The notes under the pieces are model-generated. The model worked only from the letters and a program-made list of their open reading frames with translations. It did no database searches and was not told the origin of the DNA. Below are positions 50,072 to 64,000 of a stretch of 64,000 nt of DNA, in pieces (within the stretch, counting starts at the first letter, position 1; each line of letters begins with the position of its first letter). The position numbers and the translations under genes were made by a program. Where the stretch lies: NCBI GenBank assembly GCA_054600435.1, contig BAAIJX010000075.1:1-64000 (forward strand). Reading direction: 5' to 3'. This DNA comes from Neophaeotheca triangularis (lineage: Eukaryota).

Positions 50072-53000
50072 ATGGCTTCTACCGCCGCCGCCGCCGCCGC
50101 CGTCGTCAATGGCACCCATTCCGCCGCTCCCCCGCCACCGGCAGATGCGACAACATCCACCCATGCCACTGCCACCACCAACGGCGTCACTTCCCAAAAG
50201 CGCAAACGCGATGATGATGCCGACGGCGACGCGCCAGAAACAGCAGCTCTGGCCAATGCCAACCAACAAACTCAGCGCGATATCTTCGACATACTGCGGC
50301 AGTAGGTTCCGCTTGTCAGCCGTTTGCGCATCTTCCTATACTAATAGTTACCAGATACGACACCTCTCCCTCGTGCCTTTCGCATCCCTTTACCAATGCG
50401 CATCTCTCCAACTCCACAGGCCCTTCTCAGAAAAAGGCCAAATTGACTGACGCGCCAGCCAAGGGCAGTGACATAGCTTCGCGACTGCGATCATGCGACT
50501 ACGATTCCCTCGTCGAGCTGGTCACTGATGTCCAGCATGTGCGAGAAGACATGGTCGAGGAGCTGCGCAATAAAGACAAACAGGCCGACGGACCACCTGC
50601 GACACGGCCTTTGGTGGAAAATCTCAAACAAATTCAGAAAATCCAGGCCTTTGAACAGCTGGTCAAAAATGTCGTGAAGCAGGTGGAAGAGCACGAAAGA
50701 AAGAGGAACCCAAAAGCCAACGCGCTTTCCAACGGAGAAACCAAAGTTGCCAACTCATCGAACAAGGGCGGCACCATTCTTACCCTCTTTGGCAATGCGC
50801 CAACCCCAAAGCAGCTCTTCTCCAGTCTGCAGCACTCCTCGAAGCCATCCGACACCCCAATCAAGTCTGAGCTCCCCGTAGAAGAGATGGGTCTCCCAAC
50901 TGGCTTGACTGGCACCAAAATCGTTCCCGCACCAACAGCCAGCCAACAAGGTCCGACATTCGGCGAATCCTTCCCACCAGCACATAACCTAGCTCCGCTT
51001 AACCCTCCCAAGTTACACAAACGCTCCTCAACCCGCGATACCGTCATCAATTGGGAAGTGAAGGAGCCCGCGAAAGGAAGCAAGCGTGGAGGCTACACCA
51101 CGCAGAAGATTACGTCTGCAGACTGGCTAGGCTGGGGGGGTGTGGATGCTGTCGAGGAACCGCAATCTCCGAATGCTAAGCGCAAGCAGCGAGATCGAGC
51201 CTTGAGTGGTGGTGATCGCGATGAGAAGGAGGGAGGCAAGCAGGATGCCGAGGAAAAGTTGCGCAAGCAAGAGGAAGCCTTGTTCAGGAGGGCCTACTCA
51301 AGTTTTGCGCCGAGTCACGACAACTCAAAGGCGCTCGTACCAGCTGAGACGATGAACATGATTTGGTGGCAGAAGGTTGGCGAGGAGAGGTATAATGAGC
51401 GGTTTGCGATTGACCCTGCGCTACTGGACGGCGCGCCTGCATCCAAGCAAGACGGTCTCGCCACTATCGATGGGGTCGAGCTGAATGAGGAGGATCTGGG
51501 CAAAGCTATTGAAGAGCTTGATCAAATTCAAGATCTGCAATACGACACCACCCACGACAAGACCGACTCGGAGGAGGTGCTGCGCCGGATATCGGAATTA
51601 CTGGAGACGCTCGCCTCTCAGCAACGGATCCGCAACTCTTCTCTACCTGCACCCTCCTCCACATCACGTACCCCCATCAGCCCGGCCCCTCACGCAATGA
51701 CAAAAGCCGGGACCCCATCCGCCCCTGCAGAAGAAGAGGTCGGCACCTACAACACGCTCCGCCACGAACTAGCCTACCTCATCCTCCAGCTTCCTCCCTA
51801 CGCCGTAGCAAAGCTGAATAGCGATCAACTCTCTTCCCTAGGTGTCAGCAAGCTGCTTCCCCTTGAAACAAAAGATATCAAAGGCACTATGGAAGACGAT
51901 CTCGTTGCTCGTTTAGCCAAATACCAAGCGGCGGCCACCCAAGCGAGCATCGCCACCCTCGCACGTCCTTCGTCTTCCTCCACAAGTCAGCATTACTCCA
52001 CAACAGCGAATAGAACTCCTGCCATTGGTAGCGCTGCCAACACCCGCTATGGTCAGTCCGCCAACTACAACACCGGCCGAACACCCTCTACAGCGGCCCC
52101 TGCCTATAATCGCTCTATTAGCAACCAGTCGCAGCCGCAAGCCTATACCCCAACCGCTGCACCCGCTAGACCAACCCAACAAACTCCCTACACCCGTCCC
52201 CCACCTCCACAGCCCTCTTACGGCTCGAGCGCCACCAGCCAATATTACCAACAACAACGCGCCCAGCACCAGCAGCATCAGCAACCACCCCCTGCCTATC
52301 CCTCTTACAACCAGCAATACGCCTCGACCCCTCAACAACAGCGACCTCAATACCCACCCACCGCCTCCAGCCAACCATTAGCGCAGTATCAAGCGCGTTC
52401 CCAAGCAGCAGCGCAGAATGCAATAAGTTACCAGACAAACTCCAATGCCAACAATACGCCAGTTGCTAACTATGCCCGCACTGCTTCCCCCGCAATGGGC
52501 GTTAATAACGCGGCCGGGTACGCTACTTCCCAGCAGCAACAGAGGTCAGGCAGCGTGAGCCAGCAGTACGGCCAGCCGCTGCAGCAGTACCCTGGACAGC
52601 AGCCGCAATACCAGCAGGCCCCGTCGGGCTACGGTCAGGCACCACAGCAATACCCTCAGCAGCACCATCAGTACCCGCAGCAGGCTTCCCAACAATACCC
52701 CCAGCAGTCACAGCAATACTCTCAGCACCAGCAACCGCAGCAATATCCCCAACAGTCCCACTCTCAGTACCAACACCAGCAACACCAGCACCAGCAACAA
52801 GGCAGCAACCCCCCCTCCGGCCGTGCTACTCCTGTTTACCCTCAGCACCAACAGCAACAGCAACATCAACCCCCAAACCAAAACTACTCTCATCACGCCC
52901 AAAGCCAGCCAAGTACCCCTCAACCACCCGCTGCCCCCGCCGGTATTGGTGCGGGCTACGGCCAACAAGCGAGTCTCACGCCGCAGCCGCCTGGGGGTAT

Positions 53001-53085
53001 GGGTGGAGGTGGCGCCAGTGCGAGTGCGAGCATGACGCCGCAGCCGCAGCCGCACGTCCAAGGTCTGGCGCCTGGCGGGCAGTAG
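50072..53085 (+). CDS. Conserved nuclear hypothetical protein with Q/P/Y-rich low-complexity C-terminus; intron 50302-50354
   Basis: The intron joins MASTAAAA..KRKR (NLS) to the 880-aa ORF; blocks LTLFGNAPTPKQLFSSLQ, YSSFAPSHDNS and LILQLPPYAVAKL. Confidence 0.85.
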
Positions 53086-53970
53086 GCATGTACCTGTGTT
53101 CGGGAAGGAGTTGAATTGCGAAAAGTGGAGGGTGGGTGGAATTGGGGAGGCAATTTCGGGCGCGGGGGTCTTACACTGTTGCGCTCGGATCGAATCGGAC
53201 TCTTGGGTCGACTAGGGACGGCCGGACGGTCTTTCCGGAACGTTGCCGTCTCAGAATGGGATGTGGAGGAAGAGGAATCAATGGCCTTGGGGCGAGAAAG
53301 AAAAAAGAGAACGAAAAAGTGCGTTAAATTGGGGTCGATGCCAATTTAACTGGTTTCGAAACACTGCCCGAGTTTGACGTCTTCCGCTGGGTCGCGGAGG
53401 TTGGGCTTTCTTTTCTGATCATGTGCACTTGCGCAGCGGACAGGCGTAGCGATTGGAGCGCAAGGAGCGGAAGCGTCTAGATTCGTGCCGTAAATTTCTC
53501 TCCAAGCAAGTTATCAAATTGCAACCGTTTACCTCACCTCACCCCACTTTATGCCGCCGTCGTTGTAATCTATCGCTCCATCGCACCACTGCCCGACCTC
53601 GGAAATCCAAACAAGCCACCTCCCAAAACCCCTCGAGATATTCTACAACAGCGAGCGCTCTGCCTCTGACTGAGCCATCGCCAATTTCCGCTCAATAGCA
53701 ATAGTATTCGACGGCAAGTTAGGGTTGAGCAAGTACCCAGCCGGCAGCGAGACCAACCAGCAAAGCAAAGCTGTAGTTACGAGGAAAGGAAGCGGGAATT
53801 AAGCGGCCCTTCTCGACCACGAAACCGCACGTCGTCGTATCCGAGACTACTAGTAGATTGAGGTACGATTGACTCGGTTTTACTCAGAATTCCCATCGGA
53901 TCCACAAAGACAAGGCAACCAACAGAGCCATCGCGGCATCAGATGAAGCATGTCAGCCTTCCACAGCCCA

Positions 53971-56429
53971 TCAAGACATTCTCCTAAGACTACATCCCCA
54001 ACCCCCATCACAAAGCACCCTTCCCTCCCTATCCACAAACCTAACCTCCTCCATCCCCCTCCTCATAACCTCCACCCACCGCACCAAGCCCTCCCCATCC
54101 CACCCGAAATCCACAACTCCTCCGCCCCTAACCCTCAAACCCCTCACGCAACCTCCCTCCCAACTCCCCGGAATCGCCGGCCCAAGAACCACAGTCCTGG
54201 CCCCGTCCTCCGCCCGCTCCCCCAAACCCCCGGGCAAATCCACAACCAACATAGCCAACACGGCTCCCACGTAGCCGAAGTTGGCATCAATTTGAAAAGG
54301 CTCGTACTCGCCACTATACATAGCGAGCGCATTCGGGGCCCAATTCTCCTGCAAAGCCAACCGCAGCTGGAAATGCGCTTGCGTCGTGTCATTGAGACGG
54401 GCCCAGCAAGCCGCGCGCCAGACTTTCTCCCACCCGGCATTGGCGTCTTCGATGCCGGGGCCGCGAGCGATGAGGCTGTTGCGCACGGCGCTGGCAATGC
54501 TGGTGTTGGTGTAGCCGCTGTGGTGGGCTGAGAGGGAGAATCCTGGATACCAGCCGTTGAGGTGGGAGAGGTGGCGGTGGGTGGAGTTTGTGTATTGGGA
54601 GTTGAGGGAGGGGAGTTTCCATTCCATCAGGGTGTTAGTTTTGGGTTCGATGTGGAGGCCGGTGTCGAGGCTTTGTAGGGTGGTGTGCAGGGTTGAGGTG
54701 AACGTGGTGTCGGGGTCGTGGGTTAGGATGGCGGATTGGAGGGTCGTGGTTAGGAGCTGGTGGAGGAGCTGTTGGTAGTGCGAGCATGCGAAGGTTGTGC
54801 CTCCATGTTCGGGTGAGTCGCAGGGGTTGACAACGAGCGTGCCGTCGTTGAAGTAGAGGTCCTGTTGTAGCTGGGTGAGCCAGAATTTGGCAACGCCTTT
54901 GAGGAGCGGGTAGCCGGTTTCTACTAGCCAGTTGAGGTCGCGACTGTAGTCGTAGTAGTCCCAGACGTGCTCCATCATCCATGCGGCGCTTGCTGGGTAG
55001 TTGGCCCAATACGCTTCGCCTGTCTTCATGCCGGTGTGCCCGAATGTGTTCATTTCGTTATGGGTCACCCATCCGGAAGCGTTGTAGAGTAGCCGAGCTG
55101 TCTCGGTACCCCTAGGGACCCACGTATCCTCCATGTACGACCAAAGTGCTGACTGCAAGTCTCCGAGTCCGGTCTGGTCAGCCGGCCAGTGGTTCATTTG
55201 AAGATTGATGTTCGCATGGTAATCGGCACCCCAAGCGTTTTCAAGACCATACGCCCACTTTCCCTGCAAATTCGGCGGGAGCGAGTTGTCCCGAGAAGAC
55301 CCGATGAAAAGAGGTCGGCCGTAATCGAAAGCAAGACCTTCCAGATACGGATCGCCGGCGGTGGAGTTTGCCGAATATCGTGCGATAATTTCGGAGGTCT
55401 CGATATCGGCCGAGCCCAAAGGATCGGGCAGCTCAAGGGTAAAGGCACCAGCAAGAGCGGCGTAGTCTTCCATGTGAGCTTTTATTAGATGGTCGGGGTG
55501 CTTACGCGCAGCTTTTGAAACAGTTCGCTCAACTTCGGGGCCTGGTTCTGCGCCTTTAAACGAGTATGAATGTTGGGCATTGCCGCGACTCGCATCATAG
55601 TCCGTTCCGGCTGCGACAACAAGGGTAATCCGTTTTCGAGCCGAGCCTGGGACAGTCAAAATACCATCCCTACAGTGCGAGCGAGCATCACGGCCAGAAA
55701 CTCGAGCAATGGAGTCATAACTCATCCCCGTGTCGGCTCGTGTTCTGCCCGTGAGACGAACGTGGTTCTTGTCACAGGTCGCAGAGATCAACGACGCGTT
55801 TGAGAGCACGTTCTCCATGTAGACTTCAATCTCTGGCAGAGACTGTGTCGATAACACATCGTAAACACACACTTGGTCCGGGTAAGTGCAGTATGTGGAG
55901 CTGCGAATGATCAGTACATCCCCCAACAAATGCAGCTTGAGAGCACTTACATGGTAAACTCAGCCTCTTCGGCCTCGAAAGTAGTCGTATGCACACCCGT
56001 CTTAAGATCGAGGCTTCTCTTATATTGCTCAACCTCATCGACGCCAGCAATCGAGACGCTGAGATTAGCGAGTACGGCATAGCTTCCATAGTTATCGTTA
56101 GGTCCCATCAAGGCACTCACATTGCCAGTGCCGTTTCGGAAGATCCAGTCGCGAATGCCAGGAAGAGCATCATAGACGGGTTCCGTAGGGTTGCCACCAT
56201 TGTAGCTGCTGTTTTCAAAAGGACCCCCTGTCCATAGACTGTCGACGTTGAGGTTGAGCTTTTCGTGACCGGCTTCTCCGAATGGTAGAGCGGCTAAACG
56301 ACCATTGCCGACGGTGTAAGCGGTGCGGATGATGTCGGAGTAATTTGCGGGCGTTGTTGACCACAGACTTTTCCCTTGGATTAGTGGAACAAAGGCAAGT
56401 AAGAAAAAGGAAAGAACAGTGGGCAACAT
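53971..56429 (-). CDS. Glycoside hydrolase family 95 alpha-L-fucosidase, secreted; intron 55901-55950
   Basis: Signal peptide; VGNGRL, NVDSLWTGGP, PPNLQGKW, WGADYHANINLQMNHW, SPEHG, HRHLSHL and PFQIDANFG motifs. Confidence 0.95.
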
Positions 56430-57252
56430 GATGCTTGGAAGGGGGGTTTGGGCTGTGAGGAATATGCAACTCTGACTTAGCAGGACAAGCTGTCTACTTA
56501 TACCAACCACAAGAAGCTCTTACACGGATAATCACAATCGGCGTGTGGAGGAAGCAAGTTGAAACCAGTGGAGAGATGAGTACTTATTCCGCCGAATGGG
56601 AAGTATTCAACTCCGCATGCAGGCTGTGTTATGAGGGGAAACGGACGTCAGTGTGCGCCGGCCAGGCATTTCAGTCGGGTGCCTGTGTAGAAGTCTATGA
56701 AACTAGGTAGATCATATTAAGCGGCCAGCGGACATATCCGGTATGTTTGTGTTGAATGGTATTAAGTGTCATAGTATTCAAAGTATGTAGGTAGCTACGG
56801 AGACACGAAGAAGTAGGAGTGGCTTCGCCAAGCCGCATCATGTGACATTACACGTGACCACCCAGCATCATCAGTGCAGCCCTGAGCTAGCGTGACCGAG
56901 CCTCAGGCCAATCACATCAACAGCCTGTTGTTATTTGGTTCTGCAGAGTACGTCCCGATCTCATCGACGGTGCTGTGGTCGAGACAAGCCGCGATACCCT
57001 CATCGACGTCACGTCTAGAGACAGTAAGGTGTACCTAGGTAGCAATCTTATCAAGTACGCCCGGTACCTACTGGACCTGATAAACCTCTCACACGTGCGC
57101 TGCTCATTTTGCAAAGAGGCAGTACTCACGTGGTCGCCTACCTAAGGTAACCTAAGTGACCAACGTGGATCCGGGAGACAGATACCGTATCTACGTCAAA
57201 GTTCACCTTATCTAGGACTCATTCGTTCAACTCGTTAGCACGACTACCTTAA

Positions 57253-58289
<1,037 letters not shown>

Positions 58290-59348
58290 GGACGCGTCGT
58301 CGGGAGGGGGATGGATTGGGCGGAGAAGCGTGGGCGCTGGGGAGTCGGGTGTGCCGAAAGGCGCGTATAGATACACTGCATTACGCATTTGCCTGCGGTG
58401 GGCAAGGGGGCTCGGGAGGTTCGTAATGCATGTCCAGGCGGATTGCGTGTCTGACGACGAGATGCTGGCGAGGCTCACGCATCCCAGTGGAACACGAATC
58501 TTGGTACCGGAAAATGGGCCAACACGAGAAATGATAGCACACTTAATGATTAAGGTATGGCAACTGGCCGTGTTGAAATTTCCAGACCATGATCGTCTTA
58601 GGTGGAAGAGACTTGCCGCCCGCCTACGTCAAGGTGGCCTTGTTCTAACATGTGCTTTGCTTCAGTCTCTTGTGGCGGTATGGAGATCAACGAGGGGTGT
58701 GTTTAGTGGATTACTGAAGGCAGACGCTGTTCCTACGTTCCGAAAAAAAGTATAGCGCGATCCCAAACGCTGACCCTATGGTATAGCTGTGGTGCCAACC
58801 TTGAGCAATAGTCTATATACCTCTGTCCGAAGATGAAGCAAAGCCCAACAAGTGTTCCCAGGCCGGCAATGCCTACTGCGCAGATATCTCTTTTACCTAG
58901 TGAAATACTTCGTAACACTACCGAACCCGAAATATATTCACAGAGCTCCTAGGCTAGAGTGGCATGGATGCAGATTTCTGTCGTGTCCACCATCTTGCCG
59001 TGGCGATCGTCGGCACTGAATGCTCTGCTCTCTCCCACTCACTCGATCTGGAGCCTCGTGGGTGTCCGCCGAGAGCAATTGGCGGACAGTGTAAGCAATC
59101 GCAGAGTAATTTAGTATTATTAAGTTACAGTACATTGAATGTACTCGAAGTGGCGAATACATGCTCGCCTTGCCCGCACGGCGGACTTTGTTCGGCGCTC
59201 AGGTAAGCAAGTCAACGTCACCCGATGTCCACTGGACACTTCAATGTCACCATTGCCGAGGAGCAGCATCTCATATGTATAAATGACATCTTCTTCCCAG
59301 CATATGAGTTTTGAGTAGCAAATCAACCGTAAGTCGACTCGACAGTCC

Positions 59349-60374
59349 ATGTATCGCACCCTCTCTTCCCTATCAAAACAGCCCTCGATCAAGACCATTT
59401 TCAATCGCTCCCTATCCACCACCACCACCACCACTTCCGTCACCGGCGCCACCATGACAACCGGCAACTTCAAATACATTGACCCCTCAAACCTCTCCGC
59501 CAACGGCAGCAAACCCTGGAGCAAAGTCGATGGCCCAGGCAAATCCTTCAATGAGCTCAACATCTCCCGCCCCGTCCACAACATCCGCTCAACCCCCAAC
59601 TACCACTCCGCCTTCACCACCAACCTTAGCGGTTTCCAAATGCTACACGCCCCCTCGGCCGAAAAATCTTTCACCTCTGACCCCCAAATCCGCGAGCACT
59701 ACTACGCCGAAACCGAAACCCTTCTCCGCCAGCACCTCCCCCCCGGCGTCAAGAAGATTGTTATCTTCGACCACACCATCCGCCGCCGCGACAAGAACTC
59801 GCCCAGGCAGCCGGTGCAACAAGTCCACGTGGACCAAACCCCCGGTGCGGCCGAAACCCGCGTGCGCCGCCACCTCCCCACCGCTGAAGCCGACGAGCTT
59901 CTAGCCCACCGCTACCAAATCATCAACGTCTGGCGGCCGATCGAGAACCCCGCTTCCGACTACCCATTGGCAGTGATAGACTGGCGCTCGACAGTGCCCA
60001 AAGATTTCGTCCCCGTCGATCTCATGTACCCGCAACGCGCCGACAGCCCGCAAACAAAAGACGACGACAGAGGCAAGGAAGTTGTCCCGGACGCTTCCTC
60101 GTACGCTTCGATCGAGAATTACGCCGTCAAGGGCGAGACTTTGGCCGTGGCGCCTAATGACAGTCATCAGTTCTTCTATTGCAAGGATATGACTCCCGAT
60201 GAGGTGATGTTGCTGAAGTGTTTCGACTCGTGGGGCGAGGGCATGGCGGGGTTGGGGAAAGAGGGCATCGCGGTGCGCACGCCGCATACAGCTTTTGAGG
60301 ACCCGAACACGCCGGAGACGGCGCCGGGAAGGCAGAGTATTGAGGTGAGGTGTTTGGTGTTTTACGAAGAGTAG
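59349..60374 (+). CDS. AsaB/CmcJ/NvfI-like Fe(II)-dependent oxidoreductase (hydroxylase/desaturase-like)
   Basis: IFDHTIRR, VHVDQT (HxD), IINVWRPI, PLAVID, LLKCFDS, PHTAF and RQSIEVRCLVF motifs. Confidence 0.88.
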   Translation: MYRTLSSLSKQPSIKTIFNRSLSTTTTTTSVTGATMTTGNFKYIDPSNLSANGSKPWSKVDGPGKSFNELNISRPVHNIRSTPNYHSAFTTNLSGFQMLHAPSAEKSFTSDPQIREHYYAETETLLRQHLPPGVKKIVIFDHTIRRRDKNSPRQPVQQVHVDQTPGAAETRVRRHLPTAEADELLAHRYQIINVWRPIENPASDYPLAVIDWRSTVPKDFVPVDLMYPQRADSPQTKDDDRGKEVVPDASSYASIENYAVKGETLAVAPNDSHQFFYCKDMTPDEVMLLKCFDSWGEGMAGLGKEGIAVRTPHTAFEDPNTPETAPGRQSIEVRCLVFYEE

Positions 60375-61018
60375 ACGGTGGAAGTGTCGAAGCTTTTTCG
60401 GGGGTGCAAGCAGAGGTGGTTTGTTTTGGAGACTCTGCGCGTTATATACGATCCCAACGACTTTGACCAATAATCGCGCTCCGTGACAACTTCCCCACAG
60501 GACAGTGCGTATTTAAATGTTCGGCTTGTACGACGAAACCTGAGCCACCTATCTGCGCAACGATGGGTTGAACAGATTGAACAAAGGCAGAAGAGGGTCG
60601 GAGAGCCGATAAAATCACCGCTCTTGCCGACCTTTCCGTTCGTCGTCAGGCCCTTATAGCGAAAGGCGTGGAGAGTCGTGTGACAGAAAACATTCGAAGT
60701 GCGCAGGCAGTCTATTATCAGACTTGCACGCTGGGAGCAGCAAGAGTAGCCGAAAGAGGGTCAAGGAGCACCAAGTCACACGGAGCCAAGTGAATGTCCA
60801 ATTTCTTGTACACAACAACCCAATAGATTGTGAACATATGATTCCCACCTCGTTACAATAGTTACAGAACGACGAGTACCGCCAACCACACATTCATCAC
60901 AAGCCGACTCGTCAACAAGAGAAACGCCAAGAAACCCCCTTCTCGCCGTGTTAAACAGAATACGCCGCAAAATATGGACAAGCCCGCTCCCTTCCTCCAC
61001 CATCGACTAACACCAACC

Positions 61019-62791
61019 CTAAGCCTTGCTCTTCTTACTCTTCTTTCGAATCTGCTCCTCGGGAACCTGCGCATCCTCCTCGCCACCAGTACTCTTCCTC
61101 TTCTTCTCCTTGCGCTCCTTCTTCAACTGCTTCTCGACTTTCTCCTCACCAGCGGCAGGGTCCTCGCCCTTCTCTTTACGCTTCTTCTCCACCTTCTTCG
61201 CGGCCTTCTTGTCCGCGACAGCGTCCGCATCCTCGACATCCGCCATGCTGGTGTCGGCGACGTCGGATTTGCGGGACTTCTTATCCTTCTTCTTCTTGTC
61301 GCGGACGGCTTTTTCGGTAGCGCCTTCGGTGACGCCTGGGGCCGTGATGCCTTCTTCGGCGCCCGTGGCCGTGGGGTCGACGTCCATTTTGTCATCGGCG
61401 TCGATGTCGCCGAGGGAGGCGAGGGTGGCGTTCATGGCTGCTTTCTACGAGGAGTGTTAGTAAAAGCAGTCATAGGTGAGTGATGGGAAGTGACATACCA
61501 TGGCTACCTCGTTCTTGGTCGGCGCGACACCATCGGAGTAGAACCTCAAACGCTCCTCGACTTGGTCTCTGAGCGCTTCTCCGAATTTGCGGCTGGGCTC
61601 CATGCTGAAGTTGTCAATGCGGGAGGCGATGCTCGTCTTGTTGGCGAGGAAGCGCGAGATGCGGCCCTTGTTCTTCATGCCAGCTTTGCCGATGAAGCTG
61701 CTGTGGTAGATGAGACCGTACTTGGGAGTGTTTCCCTTGGTCTTGAGAGCGCGGAACAGAGCCTTCTCGGCACCGAGAATCTGGACAGTGGAGGCGGGGT
61801 ATTTGGCCAGGTTTGTAAGGGAGCCGGCATGGGAGATGAGGCGCGCGCCGACAGTTTCGCCGATCAGGGCTGCCAGGTTGGGGGCCACGACGCCCATCTT
61901 GGTGACGAGGTAGTTCCCGAGAGACTTGCGGTAGGCAGCGAGTTCAGCGGTGCGGCGGGCAAAGGCCATGACGTTTTCCATGTCGCGCTCGCTGAGATCT
62001 TGACCCATCGACACTCTGGCAGCTTCGATGATACCACGGGCGACGCTCTCATCGTCATCGACAACGGCCGCCAGGTCGTGAAGGGAGTCTTCGGAGAGAG
62101 TCTTCTTGTCTTGGATGAAAAGCGCGCATTTGGCGTATTTGTGGTTGTCGCTGACAATCTTGACCAGTTCGGGGAAATGCCATCCATACCATTCCCTCAC
62201 ACGCATACTGAAAGTGTTGACAGCCTTGTCCAAGTGGTCAATGGTTGCGATAGCCTGGATGATGTGGTTGTCGTTCTTTTGCACACTGAACTTGACTTTG
62301 GCGCGGGAGTAGGCGTGACCGAGACCGAGCTGAGCGCGGGAGATGTCGCCCTCTTGAAGGTTCTTGAGGAGCTTCTCGGAGTGAATGCGAAGACCACGCA
62401 GGAGATCACCACAGAGTTCGCTCGTCTCGCCAGTTTCGCATTCAATACCAGGGAAGCCGGCCTTGATGCTACCAGCCAATGCCTTGTCCCCAACACCAAG
62501 AGTGACCTTCTTGCTAGACTTCTTGCCGGCCTTGGGGAGGTTGGCCTCGAGGACGGTTTGGAGATAGTCGCTCATGATACCTTCGGAGACTTCGTTGGCG
62601 TTCTCAAGAGCGTGCGAGGCGCCTTGGAAGGGAGCAAAGGCGGTGAGTTGCACCATCTTGCCGAAGCGGGCCAGGTCGGCGTAGGCATTCTGCACTTCCT
62701 GCAGGCGTGCGCCTACCGTGTCGGCCTGGAGCTTGACGGAGAAGATGCCGTAGCCCACAGAGGACTCGTGAAGGAGATAATCGACCGACAT
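61019..62791 (-). CDS. NOP56: Nucleolar protein 56 (box C/D snoRNP); intron 61445-61498
   Basis: MSVDYLLHESSVGY, LGLGHAYSRAKVKF, MRVREWYGWHFPEL and KYPASTVQILGAEKALFRALK motifs; KKE-rich tail. Confidence 0.96.
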
Positions 62792-63178
62792 GGCGGGCAG
62801 ATCATGCACTGGTGGTGGAGGTGGATATCGCTGTCGCTACCGTAGCATGCACCGGAGTTAGTGAGTATCCGGTGTAAAGGGGGTGGAGGCGGTGTCGGTG
62901 GTGGTGGAGGTGTCGTCGTCGCAGACAGTTCGAACGGAGCTCTCCAGCAGCAAAGATCGAAAATTGCCAGACGAAGACTTTCGGTCGGTGGTCGGAGTTT
63001 ACAAGCTAGCGGAGAAGCTTGGACCAGTAGCTTAATATTACGCGGGACATCAAACGCGACTTCCTTGGGGAAGATTTCAAGAAGCCAAGCCAGCATCAAC
63101 TACAACTCCCTTCATTCCGCCGCCAACACCCCCCCCCTCTTCTTCTACACATCCCCCAATTCGGTATCGACAGCAACC

Positions 63179-64000
63179 ATGTCGGCCGCACAACTCCTCA
63201 ACCCAAAGGCGGAATCGAGAAGGCGCGGCGAAGCGCTCAAGGTCAACATCAGCGCTGGAGAGGGTCTGCAAGATGTTTTGGCTTCCAACCTGGGACCGTC
63301 AGGAACACTGAAGATGTTGGTGGATGGCGCGGGCGGGATCAAACTCACAAAAGATGGATCGGTGCTGCTCAAGGAGATGCAAATACAAAACCCCACAGCC
63401 GTTATGATTGCTCGGGCGGCGACGGCACAGGACGATATTTGCGGTGACGGCACAACAAGTGTCGTTCTGATGGTTGGTGAACTCCTCAAGCAAGCCGATC
63501 GCTACATCAGTGAGGGTCTGCACCCGCGGGTCATTACAGATGGCTACGATGTGGCAAAGAACGAGGCCCTGCGCTTTTTGGACGACTTCAAGCTCCCCAA
63601 GGAAGTCGACCGTGAGCTTCTCCTCTCTGTCGCCCGGACATCTCTCAGCACCAAAATCAACAACACCCTCGCCGAGCAACTCACCCCAGACATTGTCGAC
63701 TCCGTTCTTGCAATCTTCCAACCGCCCGCACAGCCCGACCTCCACATGGTAGAGATCATGACCATGCAACACCGCACAGCCGCCGACACACAGTTGATCC
63801 GTGGTCTGGCCCTGGACCATGGTGCACGCCACCCAGACATGGCCAAGGATATCCGCGACGCGTACATCCTCACACTCAACGTGTCTCTCGAATACGAAAA
63901 GTCGGAAATCAACAGTGGCTTCTACTACAACTCCGCCGAGCAGCGGGAAAAGCTCGTCGAAAGCGAACGCCGCTTCGTCGATGACAAGCTCCGCAAGATC
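63179..64000 (+). CDS. CCT6: T-complex protein 1 subunit zeta (CCT6), 5' part, runs off the window
   Basis: Translation from ATG 63179 (absent from the ORF track): [63 protein letters not shown]. Confidence 0.96.
   Translation, partial: MSAAQLLNPKAESRRRGEALKVNISAGEGLQDVLASNLGPSGTLKMLVDGAGGIKLTKDGSVLLKEMQIQNPTAVMIARAATAQDDICGDGTTSVVLMVGELLKQADRYISEGLHPRVITDGYDVAKNEALRFLDDFKLPKEVDRELLLSVARTSLSTKINNTLAEQLTPDIVDSVLAIFQPPAQPDLHMVEIMTMQHRTAADTQLIRGLALDHGARHPDMAKDIRDAYILTLNVSLEYEKSEINSGFYYNSAEQREKLVESERRFVDDKLRKI

Noticed and set aside
61490..62845. Long antisense and alternative-frame ORFs (e.g. 61490-62845 +, 25353-26240 +, 23647-24639 +, 23712-24569 -, 33265-34098 -, 6875-7639 -)
   Set aside because: They are shadow ORFs over well-supported genes, explained by biased codon usage, and carry no motifs of their own.

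Overview
Eukaryotic, intron-containing filamentous-ascomycete DNA. The introns are mostly ~50-70 nt GT..AG with CTAAC/CTGAC branch points. The style suggests a Dothideomycete, but that placement is inference. The window opens with ~1 kb of AT-rich, RIP-like repeat remnant, followed by about 23 protein genes. In order: small secreted protein, RNase T2, methylglutaconyl/enoyl-CoA hydratase, MDM35, HSP12, Nif3/YqfO-like small protein, UNG1, MFS anion:cation symporter, WW-domain protein, arylsulfotransferase, a coiled-coil gene set head-to-head with a ~2,080-aa NACHT/STAND gene, a signal-peptide-bearing RidA, a double-CFEM membrane protein, SAM methyltransferase, Hsp31/DJ-1, HsbA, a mitochondrial helical-repeat-like protein, a Q-rich protein, GH95 fucosidase, AMMECR1, an asaB/CmcJ-like oxygenase, NOP56 and a partial CCT6. 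The best candidate for an undescribed system is the divergent coiled-coil/NACHT pair, whose N-termini both carry NG/S-rich pseudo-repeats. Other oddities are a secreted RidA, a possibly GPI-anchored RNase T2, a 13-bp-period GCTAC array at the repeat edge, and a recurring C-rich-then-G-rich switch at gene 3' ends. All exon structures were read by eye, and no database searches were run.
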